Part shown: piece after piece, positions 54,901-61,900 of the stretch
Numbering within the stretch: the first letter of the stretch is position 1
Layout: each line of letters starts with the position of its first letter
NCBI GenBank assembly: GCA_030141605.1
Contig: JAQGDQ010000123.1
Span: 515,717-579,716 of the forward strand
Reading direction: 5' to 3'
DNA length: 64,000 nucleotides
Origin: Tubiluchus corallicola
Lineage: Eukaryota; Animalia; Priapulida
The notes under the pieces: generated by a model
Told to the model about the DNA's origin: nothing
What the model saw: only the letters and a program-made list of their open reading frames with translations
Databases searched by the model: none
Made by a program: the position numbers and the translations under genes

Positions 54901-57445
54901 CTCCAAAAATCATCACATTAGTGTATTGTTTTACTCAGTATTAGTAATAGAGTTAGTGTCACTAACACTGTGTGTAATTTCAATATTATGTGTAAATTCA
55001 ATCTGATGTGTTGTCTGTGTAAATCCAAGGTTAGTCGTTATGGTGCATGCACATTTGCTCTTCCAAACTATAAGTATTATTCAAATCACTTTTTTTTTAT
55101 GTTTTACATCTCGTATTGCTTCGATTTCCTAAAGAAAGGTTCATGGATGCGTGTATATTTGTCAGCTAAAGTTGCCTTAAGAGTTGATAAAATATGAATG
55201 AAATTATTGTAGGGTTATGTTATTGCTAGTATGTTAGTACCATTTACTCGATGTGACTTGATATTGTCAAGCATTAGTGCCATTTATTTAATGTGCAAGC
55301 TGCACAAATAGTATTGCTCGTAGATGTACTTAATCAAGTAACCGATTAATCAGATTTAGGCAACATCGAAGGCCCTCTGTAATTTGCTGACTAGATCATT
55401 AGAAAAACAAATAAACAAGAAATTTACAATGCAAACATATCAAGTGAAACTTTAGAGGAATATATTCAAACAAGAGTGAAACTTTTATACATAGAAAGTG
55501 AAGAATGTCTCTTTGTAAGGATACCAAGTGTTGTTGAAAAAAATTAACTGGTTAATTTCCTGGAGGGTGAGTCAGTGACATTTACCAATTGGCACGAACA
55601 TTTTAAATTATTATTTCTAGTTACATAAGTCTTTCCAGCAGGTAAGTGAAATGCTAAGTAATATAGATTAGAAAGTTTATTGTGACATAATTTGACATAA
55701 TTGCCTTTTCTTCCCTTGATTTACGTTTGTGTATGTGACATTATGTAATGGTGACTTCAGAATAGTATTGCCAGAGATTTAAAATGAAAACAAACAAAAG
55801 TTGCTTTTAATGTGAGTACGATATATGTAAAGTAATATAATTTTTAAGGCAATTTTTCTGAAATATTTCTTTGTCATTTCATTAAAAGGGTAGTATCAGC
55901 GAATTATGACATGCAAATCCTCTGGGGAAACAAGACAATTTATATTTATCATATGCATAAATACCCTGTAGCATTTTTATTGTATTGATTAGTTTTCCAA
56001 TTGTTTTACACCCTTAGTGACAGAATAGCCATTGTTTTATTTATAATTCTGTCTGAGGCATGTATAAAGCAGGACAAAGTTATTTGAGTGTATTTTTCTT
56101 CATAGTGTCTGATTGGTAATTGTGTGACATATGAAGTACAGACGATTCATTATTTTTATTTAACAAAAAACAAATGTAACTTGTGGTAGTACAGTACATG
56201 ATTAGAAACATTTTTATTGTTACTGCTGTTATTTTTTATGTTCTGCTAACACTAATACGCAGCGCCAATAAGTTTGGAAGTGCCAACTTTAATATTTCAT
56301 CAGCTTTCGGCAAATAGCTAAAGCCTACAAAAGTGTATTTGCATTGAAGCTTAACCCACTGATGGGAAATTTGGTCTGCTTTCTATACAAATTTTGTAAA
56401 GTTGAAAGTTGATAAAAATTAATTTGCACATAAATGATGTAATAAATTTAGAAATTGGTTCCTGGCTGCAGCTACTTCAGACACCTACTTCACATTCTAA
56501 ATGATTTGTTACTGAGGTGGGTTCATACTTTAGTAAAGCTTTTGGATGTACTGCAAGACTAACAGTATTGACACTAGAGGTGAATTTATTAAAAGACAGT
56601 GGACCAGCTATAACGATTGAATATCTTTTAATTAGGGTTAGGAACTTATGGTTGTTCATACTTAGGTCCACTGTATCGGCCAAGTTTAAAATCTGTTTAG
56701 TTTAAAGCAAAATGTGATTAGGTGTTAAAATAAACTTTCTTACCTGAAAACTTTCTTAGCTACGATTACTTACTGAGATTCTATGCATGTATATGGTAAT
56801 ACTGATACTATAGCTACAGTAGCAGAATTTTAGAGTTAGAAAACATTCACATTAGGATCAGTTTCAACGAAATGATTTAGAAGGCTGTGACAGACAGTTA
56901 TTTAAATGTGCTTGTGTGGTTTTTTCATCTAGCACTATATTGTGCATCCCACAACATAAATCTGTTACAAGGCACTTATAATTGTATTTTGATATAAAGA
57001 GGTAAACACAGATGTCATTTAGACATTCAGACTGTGGAAAATTTTATAGATTTGGATGAATTTAATATAATAACATAAAGAATGTACCACCGAGTCAGAT
57101 AGTCCTCATTAAAATGATAAAGATAATAATCTATCATCTTTATTAGATGTGTTAAGTACAGCCAAACACATCAAAAAAGTTAGATCACCAACAGTTGCAC
57201 AGACATTTTAAATTATTGTTCCGTTTAAATAACTACATAATTACTGAAAAACATTTCATTACTTCTTTATTGTTTTTTACTTTATCTCTTTTGCAAAGAT
57301 TATAAATCGTAACTTTATAACTATCATTCATACCTAAAACTCCAGGATTACAGAAGTCACAAAGTGAATAGAATTCTTGAAGATCATTCTGTATTGGCGT
57401 TCCAGTTAGCACAATCCGTCGGAAAATATTCAGAGATTTTATCAA
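23952..57445 (-). CDS. RAD54B: DNA repair and recombination protein RAD54B (SNF2-family ATPase), 5'-partial; last 10 coding exons: 57334-57445, 51101-51280, 50635-50739, 49694-49818, 30073-30231, 29466-29592, 29016-29188, 27160-27276, 26500-26700, 23952-24026 (457 aa in window)
   Basis: Exons join in frame via GT-AG introns (1374 nt including TAA). SNF2 motifs: [120 protein letters not shown]. The [29 protein letters not shown] and VSFVF segments fit RAD54B better than RAD54L. Confidence 0.92.
24787..24989. repeat. Tandem duplication, 104-bp period, 2 near-identical copies
   Basis: ACTGAACGGCAACCATAT...GCACCAGGC at 24787 and again at 24891. Confidence 0.9.
27364..27633. mobile_element. Degenerate hAT-like MITE
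   Basis: Ends CAGAACCATCTC...GAGATGCCTCTG form an imperfect inverted repeat; GC-rich GGGCCC/GGCCCC subterminal motifs; weak TSD (5/8). Confidence 0.45.
29836..30063. mobile_element. PIF/Harbinger-like MITE with extensive internal palindromy
   Basis: TGGCATATTCAGACGTCGAGACT...AGTCTCTACGTCTGAACGTGCCA (20/23 inverted match), flanked by TTA/GTA, with repeated GCAACTT/AAGTTGC motifs. Confidence 0.75.
31780..32160 (+). promoter_or_regulatory. Candidate promoter and non-coding first exon of the nested zinc-finger gene
   Basis: CpG-enriched patch with an NRF1-type palindrome GCGCATGCGCA (31809-31819), a plus-strand donor CGG|GTAAGA (32118/32119) and a YY1-type CGCCATATT (32147-32155). An acceptor TTTTATTCACAG ends at 35704, 58 nt before the ATG. 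The linkage is inferred. Confidence 0.45.
32395..32960 (+). mobile_element. hAT transposon remnant (C-terminal dimerisation domain plus right-end sequence)
   Basis: [33 protein letters not shown]....[16 protein letters not shown] (stop at 32595) is the hAT Dimer_Tnp motif; the rest of the transposase is absent. Confidence 0.85.
32964..33484. mobile_element. hAT-like MITE (GGTTGCCAGA...GCAACCCTA ends) with a fold-back of its left terminus
   Basis: About 50-bp inverted repeat 32964-33013 versus 33038-33085; a second right-end-like sequence GGGACGTCCAGCAACCCTA ends at 33484. Confidence 0.6.
33912..34007. repeat. 45-bp tandem duplication
   Basis: GTGGCAC.CCAG.ACTCAGCC.TGGCTTATTTAATACC at 33912 and 33957. 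Confidence 0.8.
35763..47573 (+). CDS. Giant poly-C2H2 zinc-finger protein (3936 aa, about 110 fingers), single coding exon, nested antisense in a RAD54B intron
   Basis: 11.8-kb uninterrupted ORF with an in-frame TGA 10 codons upstream of the ATG and a splice acceptor at 35704. Hand count gives 110 CX(1-2)C...HX(3-4)H units (one degenerate). Acidic, Q/S/D-rich N-terminus of about 430 aa and an acidic C-terminal tail. Candidate AATAAA at 48766. Confidence 0.95.
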   Translation: MNAYEMNEELQAAIEQLELEQIDLCGEQAGESSISELVYTNSIKNITSSVTDVGSVQQQQAGSQTRSAVTHATYQQQALSRINEFNVSLELMNTACVDSRDGLCALGTGTAVKDFVTLDEFQALQQNQMKESFSASGLLESLNNNEITNGTPEHLDNNENVFDTLQSEGYIETAIDSLGTLENNDVAVTIGSNALDINLLPFSQQDSDHSLSRQQHTTSQKVEINKQYELDLPIEDVTEQRLASDVTKQMCSDYGIDVKFSVENFTSMPVNNQDNDLNRDIDDSDSDSSDSDSNSDDFDNQDSIQNSVAPLNEKTSDSIINGSVFERNEAKVISGFPISLNSDNVEQLQVECKITNSPVNIEECQKYTIENSCKTILFKTDEQCECLDCGASLSNLLSSQEHLGLMTAVVKLCTCLQEGRKCLHYANEVSTSKLHVSELYSCHMCEITFHRLSALTNHMVMKHNDEDSTDNQSVAANYIQPPASLQKTHKCGICPASFSNVFNLQKHGRVVHSAIPKQYRCTKCTASFQALKNLTLHLRLHENEQQSFESQRIDKIATKTPTAGTDEASKPDQASKPDSIDKIPVNGIKKAGNTDEKSIKCRMCPAAFKHTASLKRHIQITHNKIKMYSCKLCPARFGVKSTVKKHMSDVHGGVPKKYKCQHCTASYRALKNLQRHMKLHIAKLQPVQEKKKNQYLCFLCSTRCSSADVLKEHIKTHSETKEPTADITTTPRKALLKIFKCNVCSVSFHSRLDRDVHLQTAHEKAKSTPEQQNSSLDSSICRVCKNSFNSKALLDQHMKQYKKLYECNACPAMFKVSTNRNKHVNNVHSGALKAFRCDVCGGGFHREYSLQSHMLLHNQAHKEQYKCDKCDFNCNSSEQLKTHIICKHSVTAQSPGIIIMDTPTVSLQKIKVEDSHAEAITIQESADMDFCEDMEHCCDICGKFFMKESELLVHEKVHMALKPYKCGICGLDFCDMSTLDIHQTSHTNKSYEAYTKMVAETSNSSCYVDFQNIGMRELHSSGNENLSNERKVPFGKKRERVYECDTCKKVFKDGGTLKVHKRIHTNERPYICHICQATFRQHHHLVRHVASHSDDKPFSCDVCGKRFKLSEYLTTHKAVHSQAKKFKCGVCGKDFRLYSDLRAHQKVHASKNAKTDGMFDNKLAFDSHDTSHSRLKPHKCPVCKNGFKVVRHMKIHLWSHSKNNMHYCLTCGKKFQSQVGLAVHKRIHIVKKELEEVVNASTNLTQYVTSTSKGKQYQCPVCEVKFAQSTYLSVHLRVHTGEKPYKCEVCNSRFRQRAHLKCHMFTHTDHKPFSCKICAASFKQLSALKKHGLVHTDLKPYKCDSCSAEFAQSTDLLNHIMVHNENRPYTCQTCFATFKTESFFNSHIKVHTHLKPHVCDECGKDFRIAANLTVHKRTHSNEKPYQCQICSKRFKQTGHLKVHLSIHADSKPYKCDSCGASFRQPGNLKSHQTVHTDERPHVCDICQSAFKTFSYLQSHKRIHTDLRPYSCTCGKTFKTPDGLKAHEKTHTDEKPYECRHCHARFKQQPHLKTHLLTHSTHKPYCCDTCDARFKQSSHLKVHMAVHSDVRPFPCHICGAAFKTSTSLSSHKRIHTDLKPYVCDVCNRAFKFSEGLKSHKKTHSADKPFSCDQCGACFKLAGYLKSHMLVHTEIRPYCCSTCGATFKTASYLHNHSKIHTDIRPHICHICGKGFKMSSNLRAHARTHSNEKPYSCDQCSAQFKQIAHLKMHVRTHSDLKPYKCDSCESRFRQSAHLKVHMAVHTESRPFACEICGAAFKTQSSLNSHKKIHTDIKPHSCDVCGKSFKFAVGLKTHRRIHTNERPFSCDTCHASFRQAGNLKSHMAVHTDVRPYACPTCQAAFKTSYYLQNHIRIHTTARPFQCDVCEKSFKFKEGLQSHKKTHTNERPFECDTCHARFKQAAYLRSHMLVHSDERNHFCDICGSAFKTAVYLANHRRIHTDMRPYKCDICYKDFKLPDGLKAHKKTHSDEKPYSCNICGAKFRQTAHVKAHMLTHSDAKPYKCDTCDACFKQSAHLKSHLAVHSEERKYSCDICYSAFKTSTALNSHKRIHTDIKPYICATCGNAFKTPDGLKSHQISHMDERPFECDTCHAKFKQSTNLKYHMVVHSEERNYTCDICDSAFKTMAYLTTHKRIHTELRPYICECGKDFKTPDGLKLHKRTHTGEKPYFCSLCGMRFRQSGHLKCHMQTIHSDSKPFKCDTCDACFKQSANLRSHMAVHSDIRPYPCPICEATFKTSTSLSSHKRIHSDIKPHICDVCEKAFKTSEGLKSHKHSHTDARPFECDTCHAKFKQAGNLKSHMVVHTEERPWTCDVCEASFKTQAYLHSHKRIHTDIRPYICECGKDFKTPDALKLHKRTHSDEKPYACEICHSTFKQLAHVRVHMATHSDLKPYKCDTCSASFKLAAYLKTHMIVHTEERPWICDVCQAAFKTSSYLSSHKKIHTDLRPYICDQCGKDFKLPDALKLHKRTHSNLRPFSCDVCGQKFRQTAHVKAHMLTHSDSKPFKCDTCDACFKQSGNLKSHMTVHSDVRAYCCPICGTAFKTTTSLNSHKRVHSDIKPHICSTCGKAFKTREGLKSHKYTHTDERPFACDTCSMSFKQSSNLKSHMIVHTDVRPHVCDICQAAFKTVSYLTSHKRIHTDLRPYNCEICGKDFKLPDGLKLHKRIHTNEKPFSCDTCQAAFKQSAHLKVHMTVHTDERNHICDICESAFKTASYLAIHKKTHSDVRPHICDICGKGFKFTDGLKAHKKTHTSEKPYQCEICFRRFRQGGHLKIHLLTHSDSKPFKCDTCDACFKQSGHLKVHMSVHSDERPFPCAVCGAAFKTSTSLSTHKRIHTDLRPYSCDLCDKAFKFSTGLRAHKKTHTGEKPYSCKICGARFRQIGHVKVHMTTHSDLKPYSCDTCNASFKLASYLRSHMVVHSEERKWTCDVCQASFKTNTYLNSHKKIHTDLRPHICDICSKDFKLPEALRLHKRTHTDIRPYSCELCNAKFRQTGHLKCHMQTRHSDLKPFKCDTCSACFKQPANLRTHMLVHTDERPHQCQICGAAFKTTTALNSHKQVHSDVRPFICARCGKSFKTRNGLKSHKITHTDSKPFECDTCSACFRQSAHLKVHMTVHSDYRGYPCTVCGAAFKTGTSLKSHSRIHTDIKPFICDVCNRAFKSKDGLKHHKITHSNERPFACLQCSAKFKQATYLKNHQLVHSDVKPFQCQVCSAAFKLPAYLRSHMMIHGDLKPYQCQICNKQFRHWSTLKIHTRTHTNERPYECETCHKMFSQNGHLKLHMMIHSGEKPYSCTVCNRRFRQHRHLLTHKVKHVTDRPYQCNSCQSAFKTHTSLQSHKRIHTGEKPYECTTCCTSFRQLSHLRRHQQCHRNPASRLKPFKCTSCPKAFRKATHLRAHEIVHTDSKPFKCPICDAEFRHGRSRKTHMKCHQPTLMHQCDVCLQSFSEEEELRSHSESHVQESAYTCEQCGEKFKRASLLSAHTALHEREKLSADGYIEFDRPYPCSQCSAQYESKQGLAKHMLVRHATLEDLRCNLCHNTFTSLQLLREHMRTHKEKEHMCNVCNNTYTSKHLLRIHMKIHKHTSKEHVCNVCGKVFKNASSLCHHREIHVEGRPHVCTKCNASFKTKKTLWAHSRIHTREKVFSCNKCGEKFSVKEQLLQHKQSAHSVGKTKKCSTASKNYDCEQCAASFKFLTLLKQHKEAHKTAICDKTQLVKGTASKPRKTHKCPECNKLFTHSWNLKNHLYSHRAKPVYKCNLCPSTFSREAHLVRHIACHKGKELSVSVKVQRIPHLQEQRNMSQTVNDAPIPTPEFNYLHNTNEIVLDKIPIKQEPLDYSLVEDDTSSPVHEEGSNVDDANFCIEECNIEEFYLSPYLGESNKETVGEGCSAITIKKEMSHFL
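48805..48900. repeat. (CT)n(TA)n microsatellite
   Basis: Directly visible dinucleotide runs. Confidence 0.95.
51870..53113 (+). mobile_element. Decayed THAP-domain element (probable DNA-transposon 5' remnant) with one intron
   Basis: 52065-52137 reads INCSAVSCK../FEFPKDAA(R) with one frameshift, followed by donor AG|GTAATT. Acceptor TTGCAG at 53009 then continues ARKWVQ, followed after an apparent internal deletion by IFNVPNP. These are the CxxxxC, FPKD, KW and terminal (P)TIF landmarks of a THAP domain. Element ends are not defined. Confidence 0.55.
53115..53270. repeat. Compound (CT)n(GT)n and pyrimidine-rich microsatellite
   Basis: Directly visible; it explains the spurious ORFs at 53019-53500. 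Confidence 0.95.
54027..55331 (+). pseudogene. Near-identical partial duplicate of 47181-48484 (last 130 codons and about 0.9 kb of 3' UTR of the zinc-finger gene)
   Basis: Colinear with 47181-48484. By eye only one substitution and one extra T in a T-run (near 55085-55098). It contains no complete zinc finger, no poly(A) tail and no TSD. Confidence 0.85.
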
Positions 57446-57829
57446 CTATAACAAAATCAAAACAAACATTAATTATAAAGTAAGAACTAAATCTAGATTT
57501 AATCATTTGAGGTGTATGTTCTAGACACATGTATGTTAAAAAGACCAAACGATATTACCAACAATGGTATGAGTTACCTACAAATGAGTACAGTAAAGTA
57601 GTTACAACAGAAGGCTTTCAGAATGAGTGTGAATACATTTAATCTAAAATTTAAGTAACTCCCTAATATTGCCCACAATCATAAATTGGGTAAGTTAGGT
57701 AGCCATTATTAAATGCACTATTGATAATTTTTGTGATTACAGAATATCTGATAATGTGGTTAGGTCAGATAGTTAGACAACTTTAGTTAGATAATGGAAA
57801 AGAGGAGGCCAGACTTATGTACAGAATTT

Positions 57830-58495
57830 ATAAACACCATATAAGAATGTATAAGAAACCGTACTATGTCTGTTCAATATTAAAATGTTGCCTATTGTAA
57901 CATATGGCATTGAGAGTCTTTGGGATGACATGTCATCTGCAATTTTTTTAAACTGGACTCGATTAAAGGAAGGTTTTTGAAGTGTTTTGGGTCTGCTAGG
58001 TAACTTTCTTGCTAGGTAATACAGCATTGAAATTTGTAAATACTTATCCCAGACTTGAGAATTCTGCAAATATTTAGAAAATGTCCAAGATAAGGTAAAT
58101 TCAATAGAGCTGCATTCTACAATACACCAACAGTGACACAGAATGAATGGTAAGAACCCAAGACGCAGAACCGACTTGCCCTGATAAGACATGCAATTCA
58201 TGGATTCCACCAAAAAATCTGCCCCAAACCAGTGCTTTGATCAAAAACAAACCTGCATGTCTAAGCTTCGTATCTCAAAAGTTGGTAGATATCATCTCTT
58301 GGCATGTACAGCAAATACTATTTCCTTATACCAGTGGGTACGCAGCTAATAAATTCTAGGCCTGTTATTCTTACCAATTAGATTTTTAAACAATTTTCTT
58401 TTAATGTATAGGAGTTAGTTAAACTATTTTAGACTAACTTATGCAGTTTTATATTGTGTGCATTTTAAATTACCATATCTGGTGCAATAAATATT
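57830..58495 (+). mobile_element. Highly decayed LINE 3' remnant
   Basis: Broken frames give PIVTYGIE..WG, FLKC.LGL and MSKLRIS..H.L, motifs typical of the distal half of LINE ORF2; ends near AATAAA at about 58487. Confidence 0.45.
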
Positions 58496-58959
58496 CTTTT
58501 TAGAATGTATAAGAATAGATCCTTCACTAACCAAGTTAGATATCATGAATACTGAGCATGAAATGCTGTAGTTATGGAATTTCCATGAATGTTCAGGACT
58601 TTATGCTCAGAACGTCGTGGAATAAGAAACAAAAGAGGACATATTAACCTTTGAAATTAAATCTTTTTATCAACAGTTAAATTCAAAAAGAGGATGGGTT
58701 TAAAGACACTGAGTAAATTAACTGAACCAGGATTCGAACCCAGATCTTGTGGTAATATACACACAGATAAGGACAGTTTATAAATAATAATAACCATTTA
58801 AAAGTGGCAGCGGTGCAGCTGTGGCATAGCTAGAGCTTGTGGCACCTTGGGTGACACTTAAAATTACCCCTCCCCCATGAAAATGTTATAGTTTTGTAAA
58901 ATTCAGCAGTGTTACCTCACAGTTGCGATAATATGCGGACATAAATTGATAAATAATGA

Positions 58960-61900
58960 AGTATTACAGAAAAAGAGAAAAAAATCGGTTTAAAACCAAA
59001 ACCGAGATCGTACTTTGGGACAACAGGTGATAACCAAGAAGCTGCAGTTTCCAGAAGTAGTCAATCACAAAGATTATGCAAAGTTTGCAATGGGCCTCAC
59101 GGTGTTTGGAGGTGTGATGAGTTTCGCAAGATGAGCATTCCACAAAGATGGGACTCTGCAAAGCGGTTGAACTTATGCTATCGCTGTCTGGGGTCAGATC
59201 ACCAAGGTCAAACCTGTCCACGTAGCAGAGTTTGTGGCATAGACAGCTGCAAATACAATCATAACAGATTTCTACATTCGTCAAAAGAAGTTAGAGAAAA
59301 TAATTCGCATTTAGCCGCGACCAACAAGAACTACAACAATACTGTTGGTTCTACACCGTCATCAATCAAACCTGTAGCTGAAGATGGTTCATCGCATCGC
59401 AGTAGAACATCGACCATACCACCTGACAAACAAAATTCGGCTGTGACAATGACATCTGGCAATCCCAAGATAGTTGAAAAAATTATGTTGCGAACTATAC
59501 CAATAATCGTGAAAAATGGAAATCGTAAATTGACAATCAACGCATTATTAGATGATGCCAGCACAAGATCGTACATCAACTCGGATGTAGCAGCAGAGTT
59601 AGGACTTGAGGGTGAGACTCAGCAGATTAACGTCAGCGTTTTAAATGGGCAAACAAAAGTTTTCGAAACAAGACCTGTAACATTTAATCTACAGAGTGTC
59701 AACGGCCAGCTGGACATGAAATTCAGCGCATTAACGGCTGAAAGAGTTACCGGAAATTTGAATGTAATAAACTGGAATGAATGCAGTCACAAGTGGGGCC
59801 ATTTGAAAGCTATTGAATTTCCAAAACTAGGACGTCGCCTCATCGTAGACATGTTGATTGGCAGCGATTACACCGATTTACATTATTCGTACAGAGATGT
59901 TCGTGGAAAGCCAGGGGAGCCAATAGCTAGATTAACTCCACTCGGATGGACATGTATAGGACAACCAAATGATTGCGACAGTTATCGTGTTCGCACCAAT
60001 TTCGTTCACACGTATTTTTCGGCTGAAGCTAGTGAAATTCGGCTTGATGAGATGTTGCAACAATTTTGGCAGATAGATTCAGCTGGCACGATGCCAAGTT
60101 GCCGCATTCTGGATATTGATGCAGAGAACGCTTTAGCTAAAGTAGAGAAATCCATGAAAATGACGGATGGACATTATGAGGTTTGCATACCATGGAAAGA
60201 TAATTCAGTTGAGCTGCCTAGTGCGAAATTGAGCTACGAAAAGGCACTGAAAAGACTACAGAGCACCGAAAAACGTCTACTAAAAAATCCAGAAGTGGCA
60301 AAAATATACGAAGATAATATTCAGCAGTATGTGAAGAAAGGCTTCATACGTCAAGTGACATCATTAGAAGATCAGCAATGCGGACGATGGTTTTTACCCC
60401 ATTTTCCAATAATCAGACCAGATAGAGAGACAACAAAAGTACGCATGGTGTTTGATTCGTCAGAAGAATGCGATGGAGTCTCGCTGAATGATGTCATTAG
60501 TCCCGGACCAAAGCTGCAGAGAGACTTATTCGATGTCTTGCTTCGTTTTCGTAAAAATCCTGTAGCATTGGTATCGGACATTGCAGAGATGTACTTGATG
60601 ATTAAAATTGTTCCTGAGGACAGGGTTTACCATAGATTTCTCTGGAGGAATTTCGAAAACAGACAGCCTGACCAATATGAATTCGAAAGAGTCGTTTTTG
60701 GGGTAAATGCATCACCATTTCTTGCACAATTTGTGACGCGGAAGCATGCAGAAAAATTTCAATTGCAGTATCCAATGGCTACAGAAACCGTACTCTACTC
60801 GACGTATATGGACGATAGCATGGATTCAGCCATCGACGATGAACAAGGCATAGAGCTCTACAGTCAGTTGTCCAGTCTTTGGGAAAAGGCTGGCATGCGA
60901 GCTCGTAAATGGTTATCAAATTCACCTGTAGTGTTAGCCGAGATACCACAAGAGGAGAGAGCATCAGAAATTAACTTAGATGAAGGACTTCTTCCGAGTA
61001 TAAAAACACTTGGAGTACTGTGGCTGGCAAAGGAAGATGTTTTCACCTTCAAACCAAAATCCATAGACATCGACAATTTCTTATTTACCAAGCGTAATAT
61101 ACTGAGGAAGATCGCTACAATATTTGATCCATTGGGATTTCTGGCAGCATTTCTCATTCGAGGGAAAATTATCATGCAGGAAATGTGGACAGCCGGTTTA
61201 GGATGGGACGACGAGCTTGACGAAAACTTGCAATGGAAAGCCAAAATGTGGTTTACAGAATTGATCGAGATGCCAGAAATTCATATTCCGAGATGTTTGG
61301 TCACGGAGGGGGGTACAGATTCATGCACACTGCACACATTTGTAGATGCATCGCAAGAAGCCTATGCAGCAGTTAGCTATCTACGTTGTACCTATCCTGA
61401 CGGAACTATATCGTGTCGACTCATCGCAGCAAAGTCTCGTGTAGCCCCTCTGATTGCAATTAGTATTCCACGACTAGAAATGATGGCTGCAATACTGGGG
61501 CTAAGGCTTACGGACCACATAGCTGGTGCACTAAACATGGAACTAAAAAATGCAATTTTTTGGTGTGATAGTATGAACGTTTTATGGTGGATAAGGAGTA
61601 GAAGTCGCACACTGAAACCGTTCATCGCTAATCGTATAGGCGAAATTCAGAGTCAAACATTTCCACATCAATGGCGGCATGTCACATCAAAAGAGAATGC
61701 TGCTGATGCTGTGACTAGAGGGAAAACTGCAAATCAACTTATTAATGATGAAAAATGGTGGAGAGGACCGAAATTTCTTCACAAGAACGAGCAAGAATGG
61801 CCATCTAAAATTATAGAATTTCAGCAAATGGATGACGCAGAACTTAGAAAGCCAACAAAAATTAGACATGTATCTAATCGTGAAACTGCTGAAACTTACA

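Noticed and set aside
54027-55331. Duplicate as a processed retrocopy
   Set aside because: It ends about 280 nt before the parent's candidate AATAAA and has no poly(A) tract or TSD.
58730-58745. GGATTCGAACCC (B-box/T-loop on the minus strand) as a tRNA gene; similar motif near 52858
   Set aside because: No cloverleaf or A-box could be built; at most a SINE fragment.
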